This document shows, in pieces, positions 1 through 11,438 of a stretch of 64,000 nucleotides of DNA. Origin of the DNA: Malacoraja senta (Eukaryota); contig JAXLNO010002078.1 of NCBI GenBank assembly GCA_038087875.1, forward strand, positions 1 to 64,000, read 5' to 3'. The notes beneath the pieces are model-generated. The model was given only the letters and a program-made list of their open reading frames with translations, was not told the origin of the DNA and did no database searches. A program made the translations under genes and the position numbers. The first letter of the stretch is position 1. The number at the start of each line of letters is the position of its first letter.

Positions 1-139
1 TGCCCCCGGGCAACCTAAACGGCGACTCATTTTGCCCGGCTTGGCACCCAAATACTGGTTTATACCGGGAGACGCAAAAAACTGGAGTAACTCATGCAGC
101 ATCTCCAGCGAATAGGAACTGACGTTTTGGGTCGGCGGC

Positions 140-700
140 TGATTGATTCTTCTGCCACCCCCCCCCCCCCCCCCCATCCATCCTACACTGGTCCCCCAAT
201 TCATCCTGTACTGATCCCCCTTCCCATCCATCCTGCACTTCTCCCCCCCCCCCATTCATACTGCACTGATCCTCCCATTCATCCCGTACTGACCCACCCT
301 CCATTTACCCTGCACCAAGCCCCCCATCCATCCTGTAGTGATCTCCGCATTCATCTTTTACTGATTTCCCATTCATCCTGTACTGATCCCCTCATTCATC
401 CTGTAGTGATCTCCCATTCATCCTGCATAGACCCTCTGATCCACACTGCTCTGACCCCCCCATTCATCCTGTACTGATCCCCCCCATTCATCCTGTGCTG
501 ATCCCCCCCATTCAAAAAGAATGGGGGGAACAGTCTGAAGAAGGGTCTCGACCCAAAACATTGCTTATTTCCTTAGCTCCATAGATGCTGCCTCACCCGC
601 TGAATTTCTCCAGCCTTTTTGTCTACCCCCATTCGTCCTGTACTGAACCCCCATTCATCCTATACTGATTCCCCCCATCCATCCCATATTGATCCCCCCC
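140..700. repeat. Degenerate ~20-bp C-rich minisatellite (CATCCTGTACTGATCCCCCC-like) inside the hAT-like element; also ~28540-29120 and ~57380-58050
   Basis: Repeated CATCCTGTA(C/G)TGATC units; source of the Pro/His-rich spurious ORFs. Confidence 0.85.
535..626 (+). mobile_element. Short element with decayed hammerhead-like core (paralogue of 57885-57976)
   Basis: CTGAAGA-A-GGGTCTCGACCC-AAAACATT. GAAACG is lost through two G>A changes relative to copy 2. Confidence 0.6.
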
Positions 701-1070
701 CATTCAACACCACTGACATCCCCCGTGCTCTCCTCTCACAATTTTACATACTCCAACCAACACGTACTAATCACCTGCCGCAATCCATACATTCCGCACC
801 GATTGCCTTCTCAACCCCCCCCCCCCCCCCCCCGCCATCTATCCACCCCGCACTGATTCACACACCCCCTGACCCTATTGTGCTTCATGGTCTTCAGAGC
901 GAACATTGATTATGTTTGATAACTGAATGTAATCAAATGTGTTTTAATTCCCAATGTTATTATTTGTTTTTGACACCTTTAAACATATTACCAAAAGAAC
1001 ATTTGCTGCAGTTATGTCCTTTGGCCATCTCTTGTCAGTTAGTGTAATGTTTAACCTGTCAGATGGGTAT

Positions 1071-1550
1071 ACATAGATACATAGAAAATAGGTGCAGGAG
1101 TAGGCCATTCGGCCCTTCGAGCCTGCACTGCCATTCAATGTGATCATGGCTGATCATCCAACTCAGTATCCCGTACCTGCCTTCTCTCCATACCCCCTGA
1201 TCCCTTTAGCCACAAGGGCCACATCTAACTCCCTCTTAAATATAGCCAATGAGCTGGCCTCAACTACCCTCTGTGGCAGAGAGTTCCAGAGATTCACCAC
1301 TCTGTGTGAAAAAGTTTTTTCTCATCTCGGTCTTAAAGGATTTCCCCCTTATCCTTAAGCTGTGACCCCTTGTCCTGGACTTCCCCAACATCGGGAACAA
1401 TCTTCCTGCATCTAGCCTGTCCAACCCCATAAGAATGTTGTAAGTTTCTATAAGATCCCCTCTCAATCTCCTAAATTCTAGCGAGTATAAGCCAAGTCTA
1501 TCCAGTCTTTCTTCATATGAAAGTCCTGACATCCCAGGAATCAGTCTGGT
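1071..1550 (-). mobile_element. 5'-truncated CR1 LINE 3' end (family 1); duplicate at ~58418-58899
   Basis: ORF 1260..1532 encodes the CR1 RT C-terminus (SYEERLDRLGLYSLEFRRLRGDLIE) and ends in the CR1 3'UTR with (TCTATG)-type tail. Confidence 0.9.
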
Positions 1551-2113
1551 ATAGTCGGTACAGTCAGGAATAGTCGGTATTAACAGCTATTATCATAAAA
1601 TGCCTTTAGAAATTTCCTTGCAACCTGTATATTTTGTTATGGATAAATTATGTGGGAAGCCAGAGTGTTTCTGTGCCAATAGCAATAACGACCCATGCTA
1701 TGGACATGTCATGGTAATTTTCGGTCCTTCACAGAAAACATGGTTGCATCAATTTGTAGTGTGTATGGTTAAGCATATGCTGATGGGTTTCACCCTTCTT
1801 CAGACTGATGGGTTTCGGCCTGAAACGTTGCTTATTTCCTTCGCTCCATAGATGCTGCTGCACTCGCTGAGTTTCTCCAGCACTTTTGTCTACCTTCGAT
1901 TTTCCAGCATCTGCAGTTCCTTCTTGAACATAATATGTGAATGCTTCATTGAGCATAATTCCGAATGGTACCTACGCACTTCGTCCGAGCACATTATCGC
2001 ACGGGTCATGCAAACCGTCTTCAATGACCACCTAAACTGTCATTTGGCAACCTAAAAAGCTGTCAAGGTTGCCCGGCTGGCAACAGGGGGGAAAAAGTTA
2101 AGTGAGAGCCCTG

Positions 2114-2950
2114 TGCAGTATAATATAGATAATTGTGAGGTTATCCACTTTGGCGGCAAAAACAAGGGAGCAGATTATTATCTCAATGGGGTTAGGTTAG
2201 GTAAGGGGGAGGTACAGCGAGACCTGGGTGTCCTTGTACACTGAAAGTTGGCGTGCAGGTACAGCAGGCAGTGAAGAAAGCTAATGGAATGTTGGCCTTC
2301 ATAACAAGAGGATTTCAGTACAGGAGTAAAAAGGTTCTTCTGCAGTTGTATAGGGCTCTGGTGAGACCACATCTGGAGTATTGTGTACAGTTTTGGTCTC
2401 CTAATTTGAGGAAGGACATCCTTGTGATTGAGGCAGTGCAGCGTAGGTTCACGAGATTGATCCCTGGGATGGCGGGACTATCATATGAGGAAAGATTGAA
2501 AAGACTAGGCTTGTATTCACTGGACTTCAGAAGGATGAGGGGGTTCTTATAGAAACATAAAATTATAAAAGGACTGGACAAGCTAGATGCAGGAAAAATG
2601 TTCCCAATGTTGGGCGAGTCCAGAACCAGGGACCACAGTCTTAGAATAAAGCGGAGGTCATTTAAGACTGAGGTGAGAAAAAAACGTTTTCACCCAGAGA
2701 GTTGTGAATTTATGGAATTCCCTGCCACAGAGAGCAGTGGAGGCCAAATCATTGGATGGATTTAAGAGAGAGTTAGATAGAGCTCTAGGGGCTAGTGGAG
2801 TCAAGGGATATGGGGAGAAGGCAGGCACGGGTTATTGATGGGGGACGATCAACCATGATCACAATGAATGGTGGTGCTGGCTTGAAGGGCCGAATGGCCT
2901 CCTCCTGCACCTATTTTCTATGTCTATGTTTCTATGTCTACGTGTCTATG
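2114..2950 (+). mobile_element. CR1 LINE 3' part (family 3); duplicate ~59463-60303 with its 5' part at ~55705-56582
   Basis: ORF 2253..2552 ([27 protein letters not shown]) and a TCTATG repeat tail. Confidence 0.9.
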
Positions 2951-4502
2951 TTTCTTATCAGTCGGAGGGAAGGATAGTCCTTCACAGTTGTGTCTGGGTT
3001 CTTATCTGTTGCAATCTTGCATTACAGCTGCTCTTGGTCATTATGTTTAGCAGCCAGGTCTCGCAAAGGTTAACAAATTGCCACTTTTACAAGGGGATTC
3101 CATTTGGTGGGGGAATCTGGCCATTTATGGCATCCACAGGTGAGATAAGTGGGTGGGAGAATTCCAAACAACAAGAAAGGCAAGTTTTAAGTCAACTTTG
3201 GGGAGACGTTGATTAATGATTGTTTATTTCAACTCCACAAGTAACCATTGTGTCATGAGGGTATAAGAATCCTACAGTTATTGTAGGATTTTGAAGTAGT
3301 TTGAGTTTGCTCACACTGCTTCCCGATGTATTTTGCTGAGGCCTTTATTAAACTGACATGCTAGATAGACTCGCCACTGATCTATGAGTTTTTTCAATTT
3401 GTGTCTGTGCCTATCTGAGTAAAGTCAGATATAGACTATGGGTAAAGTACAAAATGCCCTCTAACAGAAGGTCTTTGTATCCTCAGCATCCTTCATAGTT
3501 TGTTATAGTGGAAGGCGTGTTTATAGCTTTTTATATCTATTTTACCGGTATCATTGGATTTGTTCTGCAAATTAATACTAGTTATTTTTTAATGCATTCA
3601 AACCAAATATACTTTAATATTCCTTAATCAACTCAAATTATACCCATTATTATCATAAGCAATGACAGACATCCAGCATTAGGTGCTTTGCTGAATATTG
3701 CACAAAATAGCATGACTAAATCTGTATTTTGTCTAATAGTTTAAATGTAAGCTGTAAGCTTTCATGTTTGTTTATATTTCCTGCAATAATATTGTCTGTG
3801 GGGAACAAAAGCTTTAAATATTGGCTTATATTCTTATTTCAAAAACTGCTCTTTCACAAAGTTGCATTTTATTATTCTCTTGAATAATAGAATATTGCAC
3901 TAACTAACTGGATTTATCATTTTTTTAAGATGACAAGATGAAGCTTGTATTTTTCAGTTTGAAGCCTCTGCTTGTTTTTGGTTATGTTGAGCTTTTAGAG
4001 GATTAAGTTGCTCCTGACATAATTTTACTGGCGTGCTGCAAGTCATACTGAGCTCGGGCATTGTGGAAGAGCACATGGATGCTTGTACAGAACTGTAATA
4101 TTGCTAAGTTTTAATGTTTGACAGCAGGAAGTGGCCTGCATCAGTCAGAGTATTGAGTATAGTTGGGAGGTCATGTTGCAGTTATATAAGATGTTGGTGA
4201 GGCTGCCTTTAGAGTATAGACTTCCGGTGGCGCTATGGAGGAATAGAGGTCCGCGCCAGCTAGCTCCACGCAAAATTGTTTGAAAACGGGGAGAAAAGAA
4301 CGGGACTGACCCGCTGATAACACTCTGGCTGCTTGCAACGAGTGAGTGACGTCATCAGGCGAGCGACTCCGGCGGTATGTCTGTCTAACATACCCCCCCA
4401 CCCCCAAGACGAAAAGCCCAACCGTGAAGCCCAAGGACTGAAGTCTCAGTCGGACTAGGCCCGACTGAAGCCTCGGGCTCAGTTTTAGCGTCGTCCCAGG
4501 AA

Positions 4503-5441
4503 GATGTTTCAAAGAAGACAAAAGTCGAAAAAAACAGAAATAGAGGAACTTCGAAGTTTTCTCTCACAAGAAATTGCAAGTATAAAGGAACAATTGAAAA
4601 GTTTTAAAGAAAAACTGAACTTTAAAGAAGAACTGCAATCCTTTAAAGAATAAATGAAAGAAGAAATTACAAACTCTGTTCATGAAGTGTTGGAAGCCTG
4701 GAAGATAACAATGGAAGAAAATCTTACTCTACAGATCGAAGAGGTAAATGTTAAAATAAATCCGATGGAATCCAGCTTTAATTCTAAGTTGGATACCATC
4801 ATCCAGACATTAAATCAACAAAATACAGCTATAACTCAATTAGAGGATATTGCTGAGACAGGTGCCGAAACTACAAAAAAGCTTCTCTCCGAGAACAAGC
4901 GTTTATCAGACTCATTGAGTAAAATAACTGAAAAATGTATTGACTTGGAGGGACGTCAGAGACGACAAAATTTAAGAATTGTGGGCGTCCAGGAAGGCAG
5001 AGAGGGGAGCCGTGACCTCCGTGAATTTTCTGCAGACTTATTACAAAAAGTCTTAAATCTTGATCAAAAACCCCTACTAAGTCGGGCACACAGAGCACTG
5101 GGACGCCGCCCAAGGGCGGACGCCCCCCCAAGACAACTGATAGTGAAGGTGCAATATGGCCATGTTTTGGATAATATGATGAAGAAAATCGTTCGCAACA
5201 GAGATCTCCTATTTGAAGGAGACAAGATCAGTATATTTAGAGATTATCCTGTGGAGGTCACCAGGAAGTGAGCGCTGTTTACAGAGACAAGAAGAATACT
5301 TAAGAATATACAAGATCTGAGATTATGGACTGATGTATCCCGCAACACTGAGTTACCTACAAGAGGAAGGAATATTTCTTCACTGACCACAAGGAAGCAC
5401 TTGATTTCGCCCTGGACATTGAGAATAAGACTGATGATTGA
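4503..5441 (+). pseudogene. L1 ORF1p (coiled coil + RRM + CTD), disrupted; duplicate ~61853-62791
   Basis: ORF 4654..5271: DLEGRQRRQNLRIVGV..LSRAHRAL..PRQLIVK..FRDYP. Homology continues past in-frame stops (TAA 4651, TGA 5269) and a frameshift to YGLMYPATL. Start position approximate. Confidence 0.9.
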
Positions 5442-5449
5442 ACAATACT

Positions 5450-5977
5450 TGTGAGATTCAAAATCACAAACGCTTTTAGAGACAGTCGGCAAAGAAGCTT
5501 TTTATTCAAATCATATTCTGCAGAATAGGTGCCTCTCCTCTGAAGACCCCTAAAGGCACACCGAGGATCGGGATGTCTTCTATCTTTATACATTTCATGG
5601 GTATCATTGTCACACCCTCATCCCTCCCCATTGTGCTTCTTCCAATCATAACATAAAGCCCACATTCCCACGAGAAGGTCCTGGAACGTCCACCCGACGT
5701 CAAAGACACCTCCCATATCATGCATCGCATGTGCATTTAAATGGGACATCTTGTCATAGTGGGTGTGTGTACATATTCATGTAAGTTCATTGCCCATGCG
5801 CACAGAGTGTTTATTATGACCCTTACCCTAGTTCTCTCCTGGACGGTCTCCTTATCTTCTCTGTTCTCATCCTTGAAAAAGTCACCATCTGTGCTCGTTC
5901 TTCACTCCCCCTATCATCCCTACTATACAAAGGGTTCTTGTCTAAATCAACTTATACCTATTAACCCCTTCCTCACA
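5450..5977 (-). mobile_element. Retroviral 3' LTR (528 bp); duplicate 62800-63158 with internal deletion
   Basis: On the minus strand it starts TGTGAG and ends CTCACA (terminal inverted repeat). It is preceded by a purine-rich PPT-like tract just after env, with TATAAA at 5585-5590 and AATAAA at 5501-5506. Confidence 0.85.
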
Positions 5978-6039
5978 ATCCACACTTTTACTTTTGCTAC
6001 TGCAATCTTTGATTTAGACTATCTGCCCCTTCTCTAATG

Positions 6040-7075
6040 CTAGCAGCAGAATCTTCGCCTCCTTATCTTCCTCTCGCTGGTCATACTTTGTTTTAAATAG
6101 GCACAGCAACCCCATCATAACTACCACTGATGTTAGGGCTGATGTAAAGATGTGCTTCCATTTCCCAAACCAGGAGTCTAGCGGTCCAGGAGGTGTCTAC
6201 TCCGGAGATCTCGGGCAATTCGATAGACAGGGAGGTGAGACCTGCTAGGGCTCTCGATACTGACCCATCAGGAGCAGTGTTGTTGGGGATGAAGGTGCAA
6301 CATTGTTCCCCAAACATTACACACACCCCTCCCTTCTCAGCCAGTGGCATGTCTAAGGCCATGCGATTTTGCCAGGCCATTAGGCTGGTATCTGTCAGTT
6401 GTTCCGCTAATCCTTCAACCGCATCTCGAGTGTAATTTATAAAGCGTTGTTGATTGTAGTATAGGTAGTTGATCCAGTCCACATTTTTATTAAGTGTGGA
6501 CCACCAGAAGAGTATGGACTCAAAGCCCGCAGCTATCTGGTTTCTGGCTTTGAATTCATCGGGTACCCCTCTTGGCACCCCTATCGCATCTATATATATG
6601 TGTGTGTTGAAGTGTCTGTCCTTCGGCCCTTTGTATTGTTGTTGCTAGCCGGGAATAGGTAATGATAACTCTGGCAGGTCGCATCCTTTGGTAGGATGGA
6701 ATTCGTGAATAGCTGTAGTATACATGACATAGCCCCAGGTGTCCTATCCCAATTCAAGGGAAATGGTTCTGGAACCAGCTGAGGCTTAGCTCCGGCACAG
6801 GCGTAGCAATTGGTGTGTTGCATACTCCTGGCCGTGTACATCATCCAGGCAAGCCAGGTGTTGGCTCCCTTCCCTCCTGTAGGTATTCCCTCCTCATATA
6901 ATTGCCTTAATTCTGTTTCTCCTGCTACTATCATTATCTTCAAATCCTTAGGCTCATTCTCCCTGTTCTATCTGCACATATCCAATACCTACCACTTTCC
7001 TGCATTTGAACACTCTGTATGCTTACATAGTTGGGTAACCACCCAACACACGACCCACCAACACGAAATCTTCAT
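6040..7075 (-). pseudogene. env: Class I (gamma/epsilon-type) endogenous retrovirus envelope, disrupted; partial duplicate ~63220-64000
   Basis: SU with CYAC (CxxC). TM has GVPRGVPDEFKARNQIAAGF, ISD-like QNRMALDMPLAEKGGVC and CX6CC (CVMFGEQCC). Stops near the N-terminus, a frameshift in an (AT) run at ~6590, and SU looks internally deleted. Confidence 0.92.
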
Positions 7076-7412
7076 TTTTCCCGCGGGTTCTTGTTAAATA
7101 TTAAAGTCAATGGTTCCTCTCCTTTGCGCACAGTCCACGGGCTGATATTGTTTGGTGGGGCCTCCACAGGTCCCTTAAATCGGCTTGCGTGTGTCCACCC
7201 TTTTTCTTTTGTTCGTACTGCTGTCTCGGTGATTAGTAACACCAGGTAGGGTCCAGTCCACTTAGGTTGCAGCTTTTCTTCCTTCCATGATGTTACAAGA
7301 TCCCAGTCCCCCGCTTTCACAGAATGGTTGGAAAGTCGAGATGGGGACTCTGTGCCAGCAGCCCCTTGGTTCTTAATTCTGTAATAGAACGAGATACTGC
7401 CAGTAAATAGTT
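7072..7412 (-). pseudogene. pol: Retroviral integrase C-terminus (GPY/F module) directly upstream of env
   Basis: ORF 7072..7320: GDWDLVTSWKEEKLQPKWTGPYLVLLITETAVRTKEKGWTHASR. Confidence 0.88.
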
Positions 7413-8420
7413 CCTTAGGAATACATCATCCCCTTGTATTTGTTGGGACCCCTTCTATCTTTCCTAAATAATAAAGACCTAACTTGTTCAACCTTTCTCT
7501 GTGTCTTAGTTGCTGAAACCCAGTCAACATTCTAATTGATCTCCTCTGTACTCTCTCTATTTTGTTGACATCCTTCCTATAATTATGCCTACCAAAATTA
7601 TACACCATACTCCACAATTGACCTCACCAATACCTTGTACAATTTAACATTACAACCCAACTTCTATACACAATGCTCTGATTTATAAAGGCCAACACAC
7701 CAAAATCTTTCTTTACCATCCTATCTTCATGAAATCCCACCTTCAGGGAACTATGTACAGTTATTCCTAGATCCCTCTATTCAACTTCATTCCTCAATTC
7801 ACAATCATTTACCATGTACATTCAATTTTGATTTGTCCTGCCAAGATGTATCATCTCACACTTATCAACATTAAACCTATCTGTCATGTTTCAACCCATT
7901 CTTCCAAATGATCTAAATCTCTCTGTACACTTTTAAAATCTACTTCATTATTCACAACACCACCTATCTTAGTATCATCTACATACTTATTAATCTATTT
8001 TACCACACCAACATCCAGATTATTGATTCACATGACAAACAACAGTGGACCCAACAAACATCCCCGAGGTACCCTTCTAGTCACTGACCTCCAACCTGAC
8101 AAACATCCATCCACTATTGCTCTCTGACATCTCCCATACAGCCACTTTTTAATCCATCTTGCTATTCCTTACTAACCCTTCTTAACCAACCTTATTTCCT
8201 TATTGAACCTTGTCAAAGGCCTTACTGAAGTTCATCTAGACAACATCCATCACTTTACCCTCATCAATTTCCCTAATAACCTTTTCAAAAAATTCAAGAT
8301 TAGTCAAACATCACAATCACAAATCCATGCTAATTCTTCCTAATCCTACCCTATTTATCCAAATTCTTATATGTTGTCTTAAGTATCCTTTCCATTATTT
8401 TGCCCACCACTGATGTCAAA
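7413..8420 (-). mobile_element. Decayed CR1 RT fragment (family 2)
   Basis: Aligns by eye to 31130-32070 with many substitutions and small deletions; ORF 7426..7617 contains NYRKDVNKIERVQRR. Confidence 0.85.
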
Positions 8421-8499
8421 CAACGTTCTTGTTCAAACTCTACTCTTTTCTCACATCTTTGTCCTCCTGTTCACTTACCTCAGGGCTATTATCTATTCG

Positions 8500-9010
8500 T
8501 ACCTGCGGGACAGCCCTCAGGTATTATTGAAATGGTACCAGGTATATCAACATCGGTCGGTAGTTTAGAAAACTCATACATACACCTTGTCTTCAGGTTT
8601 AAAGGGTCCTTCCTCCTGGTCCACCTCCAACAGCTTTTACTTTTCCTGTTCATAAATAGACTTGTATATCATAATTAACTGTTTCATATACTTTTTAAAT
8701 TCTATCTTTAACTGTTCCAAACTCGGTCTCTTGTAGGGACCTCTCCATTGTGCCACCTGCTCGGTTAGTTTGCATGCAACATCTCTTCAGTGCCAATGGC
8801 AGGGCATCGATCCAATTCAACTTTGTAATTAAACAAATCTTATTTATATTAACCTTCAATGTTCCATTTATTCTTACATACCCAAATGTGTATTTTACTC
8901 TAAGGGTCTCTATCGCCAACTTAGCTACTCCCTAAATGAAAACAATCCGTTGTCAAAGCTGATTTCTGTAGGTCTACCAAACCTCTAAATTACCTTATTC
9001 ATCATAAACG
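8500..9010 (-). pseudogene. pol: Second, different retroviral-like integrase fragment (core to C-terminus)
   Basis: Frames read RFGRPTEISFDNG.., RINGTLKVNINKICLITKLNWIDALPLAL..MQTNR, EEGPFKPEDKVYV and TWYHFNN; multiple deletions. Confidence 0.7.
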
Positions 9011-9229
9011 ACACTACAGGGCTTATACCAAATCTAGTCTGAACTATATCCTGCCTTTAAATCCCTTTCTCTCTTGGGGACCCCAGTCCTGTTAGGGCTT
9101 ATATCCAGATTAATTTCACTCCTGATAGGACCTTTTGAGGAAACGTACCCCAAAGACATTCATTATTGGCATGTAATTCTCTGGCCCTGCTTGGTTCCGT
9201 CATAGGACTCACTTAGGTCCATTGTTTAT

Positions 9230-9990
9230 TGACAACTCCTCCTCCTGCTGGTTTGCAAGTCTTTTTCCTATCTTTGCGATATTTCTCGACCGCAGAGACC
9301 AACTGTTCGCTGAATCTGCTTGACTTTAAGAAGAATGACATCCACCACAGTAGTTCATAATATAATGTTCATCAATCAACTCTCCACCTTTTCAGCTGGT
9401 TTTCCAGATAGGCTATTTGCCTTTCCTTCTTGTGTATCTCCCCTTTGTTCCTTGGGGTTCCTCTTAAGTGGGTAACATTGTCTGAGGGTCTGCCATACCC
9501 TCTGCCTGACTGTGTCAAACAGTATGCCATTGCTTGTTACATTGTTCGCATCAGTTTATACCATCCATCTTCAGTAGTTCTGTCACTTTAGTGGTTCCTA
9601 TCACTTTTACCAACAGTGCCTTCAAATCTTCCATGATCAATAATCGTCCCACGTTCTCCTCCTCCAAAGCCCTAATCCATTTCCTCCCCCATCAGGGATA
9701 TAGGGTGAGGTATTTTTTAGCCCTTTCAGTTTATGGGTGCCCCAAGGGATAATCCGTGTCTGTCCTTCTCTTTTCTCTTTAAAGCAGTCTCATCACTTTA
9801 TCCCAATGCTTCCAACTTTAATCCTTTCTGGTATGCCTTCTTTCTAATTCTAAACTCAATTTCTTGCTTCTCAAATATTCTAGCCTCCTTGCAAAAATCT
9901 TCCACTGACTCCTCCTGCTTTATTACTTTCACGCCTGTTGTTTTCCTACTTCTGTTATCTTCTAACTGCCTCTCTCTCCTTTCTTTCTAA
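9230..9990 (-). pseudogene. gag: Degenerate retroviral gag-like fragments
   Basis: Minus-strand frames include GRKWIRALEEENVGRLLIMEDLKALLVKVIGTTKVTELLKM and a preceding Glu/Lys-rich coiled segment. Family assignment is from recalled fish ERV-like gag sequences. Confidence 0.55.
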
Positions 9991-11438
9991 ACTTGAATGT
10001 TTACCAATTAACTTATTTCCAATTATTTCAATCCATATTCACCACAATTTTAAATGTCCAATTCCTAGCACTAGTAACAATTTTCCAAATTATCTTTACT
10101 GACTAGAAATCTAAAAGAACATCAGAAAAACCAAAAGCTGGTTTCACAACTTCCCCTTCTAGGTTAAGGCCAACAAACAATTAATCGTTATCTTACAGCT
10201 GTTCGTCGCCTTTCACCATGACCTGATTTATTTAAAGGAACATGCACCTACCTACAGTGAACATTTTTGATTTTAATAAAACTTACTTACTTACTCTTAC
10301 AATGTGGTCTACAAATACAATAAACAAAATAATTATCACATATATAAACTTCCTCCTTCATTCCCAACCGGTTTTTACACACAAATCACATTCGTTCCAT
10401 TCTTACTTCAAATAAATGCAACATCTTTTACATGTATTAAAACTCAATATAACAGAATCAAATCATTTTTGTCTTCTATAATCCCTGGGTATTTCTCTGC
10501 CCCCAGAGGCTCAGCATTCGCCCCAACGGACTATCAGGCAGAATGCGGGGTCGGGCTTACTGCCCTTCCCCTCCCTTTTGGGCTCTCCGTTTTCATTGCC
10601 TGACGTTACCGGATGGACATCGTTACCTCACAGAGAACAAATGGAACTTTAAATTGTTTTACTTAAGGACTAATGAAAGCTGATAATGATAGTCGAGCAA
10701 GTTTTTTTTATTGCTATTGATATATAACATTTATATTTTAGTACTAATTACCACTAATTATGATTACTAATTATTGCTAATTATTATTAATTGGAGCCAC
10801 TTAGAATTAGTTCAAAATATGAATTATAAGTAAGGTTTGATTCAGGCAATTTATTAATAAAAAAAACTTTTTTTTTTATACTGTTGACCAATTATCGATT
10901 CATATTTTTTTAATATGAGACTAATATTTTATCTTGAGAATAATAACTTTTTCACTAACAGATTATAAATATTTTGGACCTAAAAATGTCTTCCCCCTTC
11001 CCTACAAATTGTTATTATTGAAACTTTTTTTAAAGAAAAGCATGGAGCTGGTATTATTATTTTTTTTCCAAAGGCTACGGAAGTCTTTAGATGGCTAGCC
11101 ACATTAGTGTGGCTATCACTAACTACACCAACTATAGATGTAGTTTTTTCTCTTCTTTTACACTTTATTAACCATTTATTCTTTCACCTTTTTATATTTA
11201 AATCTTTTTATTTGAATTTCACGGCAATTTACAAACATACAATAATAACAGACAGTAACAATCAAGGCATAATTGTACAACAGTATGTAAGCGATCCTCA
11301 AAACCCTTACCCTTACCCACCTTCAACCCACCCAAGTCAGGTCGGAGCCAAATGGGGACAAACAACACTCACATACGTACACATCCACACACAAATGGTG
11401 GAATAGACGAAACAAAATGTGCTATATAAAAAAAAAAA

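Larger units (their letters stand above)
1..2113. mobile_element. Non-autonomous hAT-like DNA transposon, copy A (left TIR outside window)
   Basis: Right end is ...GTTGCCCGGCTGGCAAC...AGTGAGAGCCCTG (2113) followed by TGCAG. Homologous to 27836-30266 and 56583-59462. Confidence 0.8.
1..6819 (+). repeat. Segmental/tandem duplication, copy 1 (continues left of window)
   Basis: Colinear and near-identical with 56630-64000. Offsets are 56629 at position 1, ~57350 over 535-5450 and 57181 at 5977-6819. The copies differ by scattered substitutions and two large indels. Confidence 0.95.

Noticed and set aside
94-909. Pro/His-rich and Gly-rich ORFs (also 57229-58256, 28259-28555)
   Set aside because: Translations of a C-rich minisatellite and GC-rich palindromes inside a transposon; no domain signal.
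10460-10632. CTCACA at 10627-10632 as the end of a 5' LTR
   Set aside because: The adjoining sequence does not match the 5450-5977 LTR, and no PBS or TSD could be identified.
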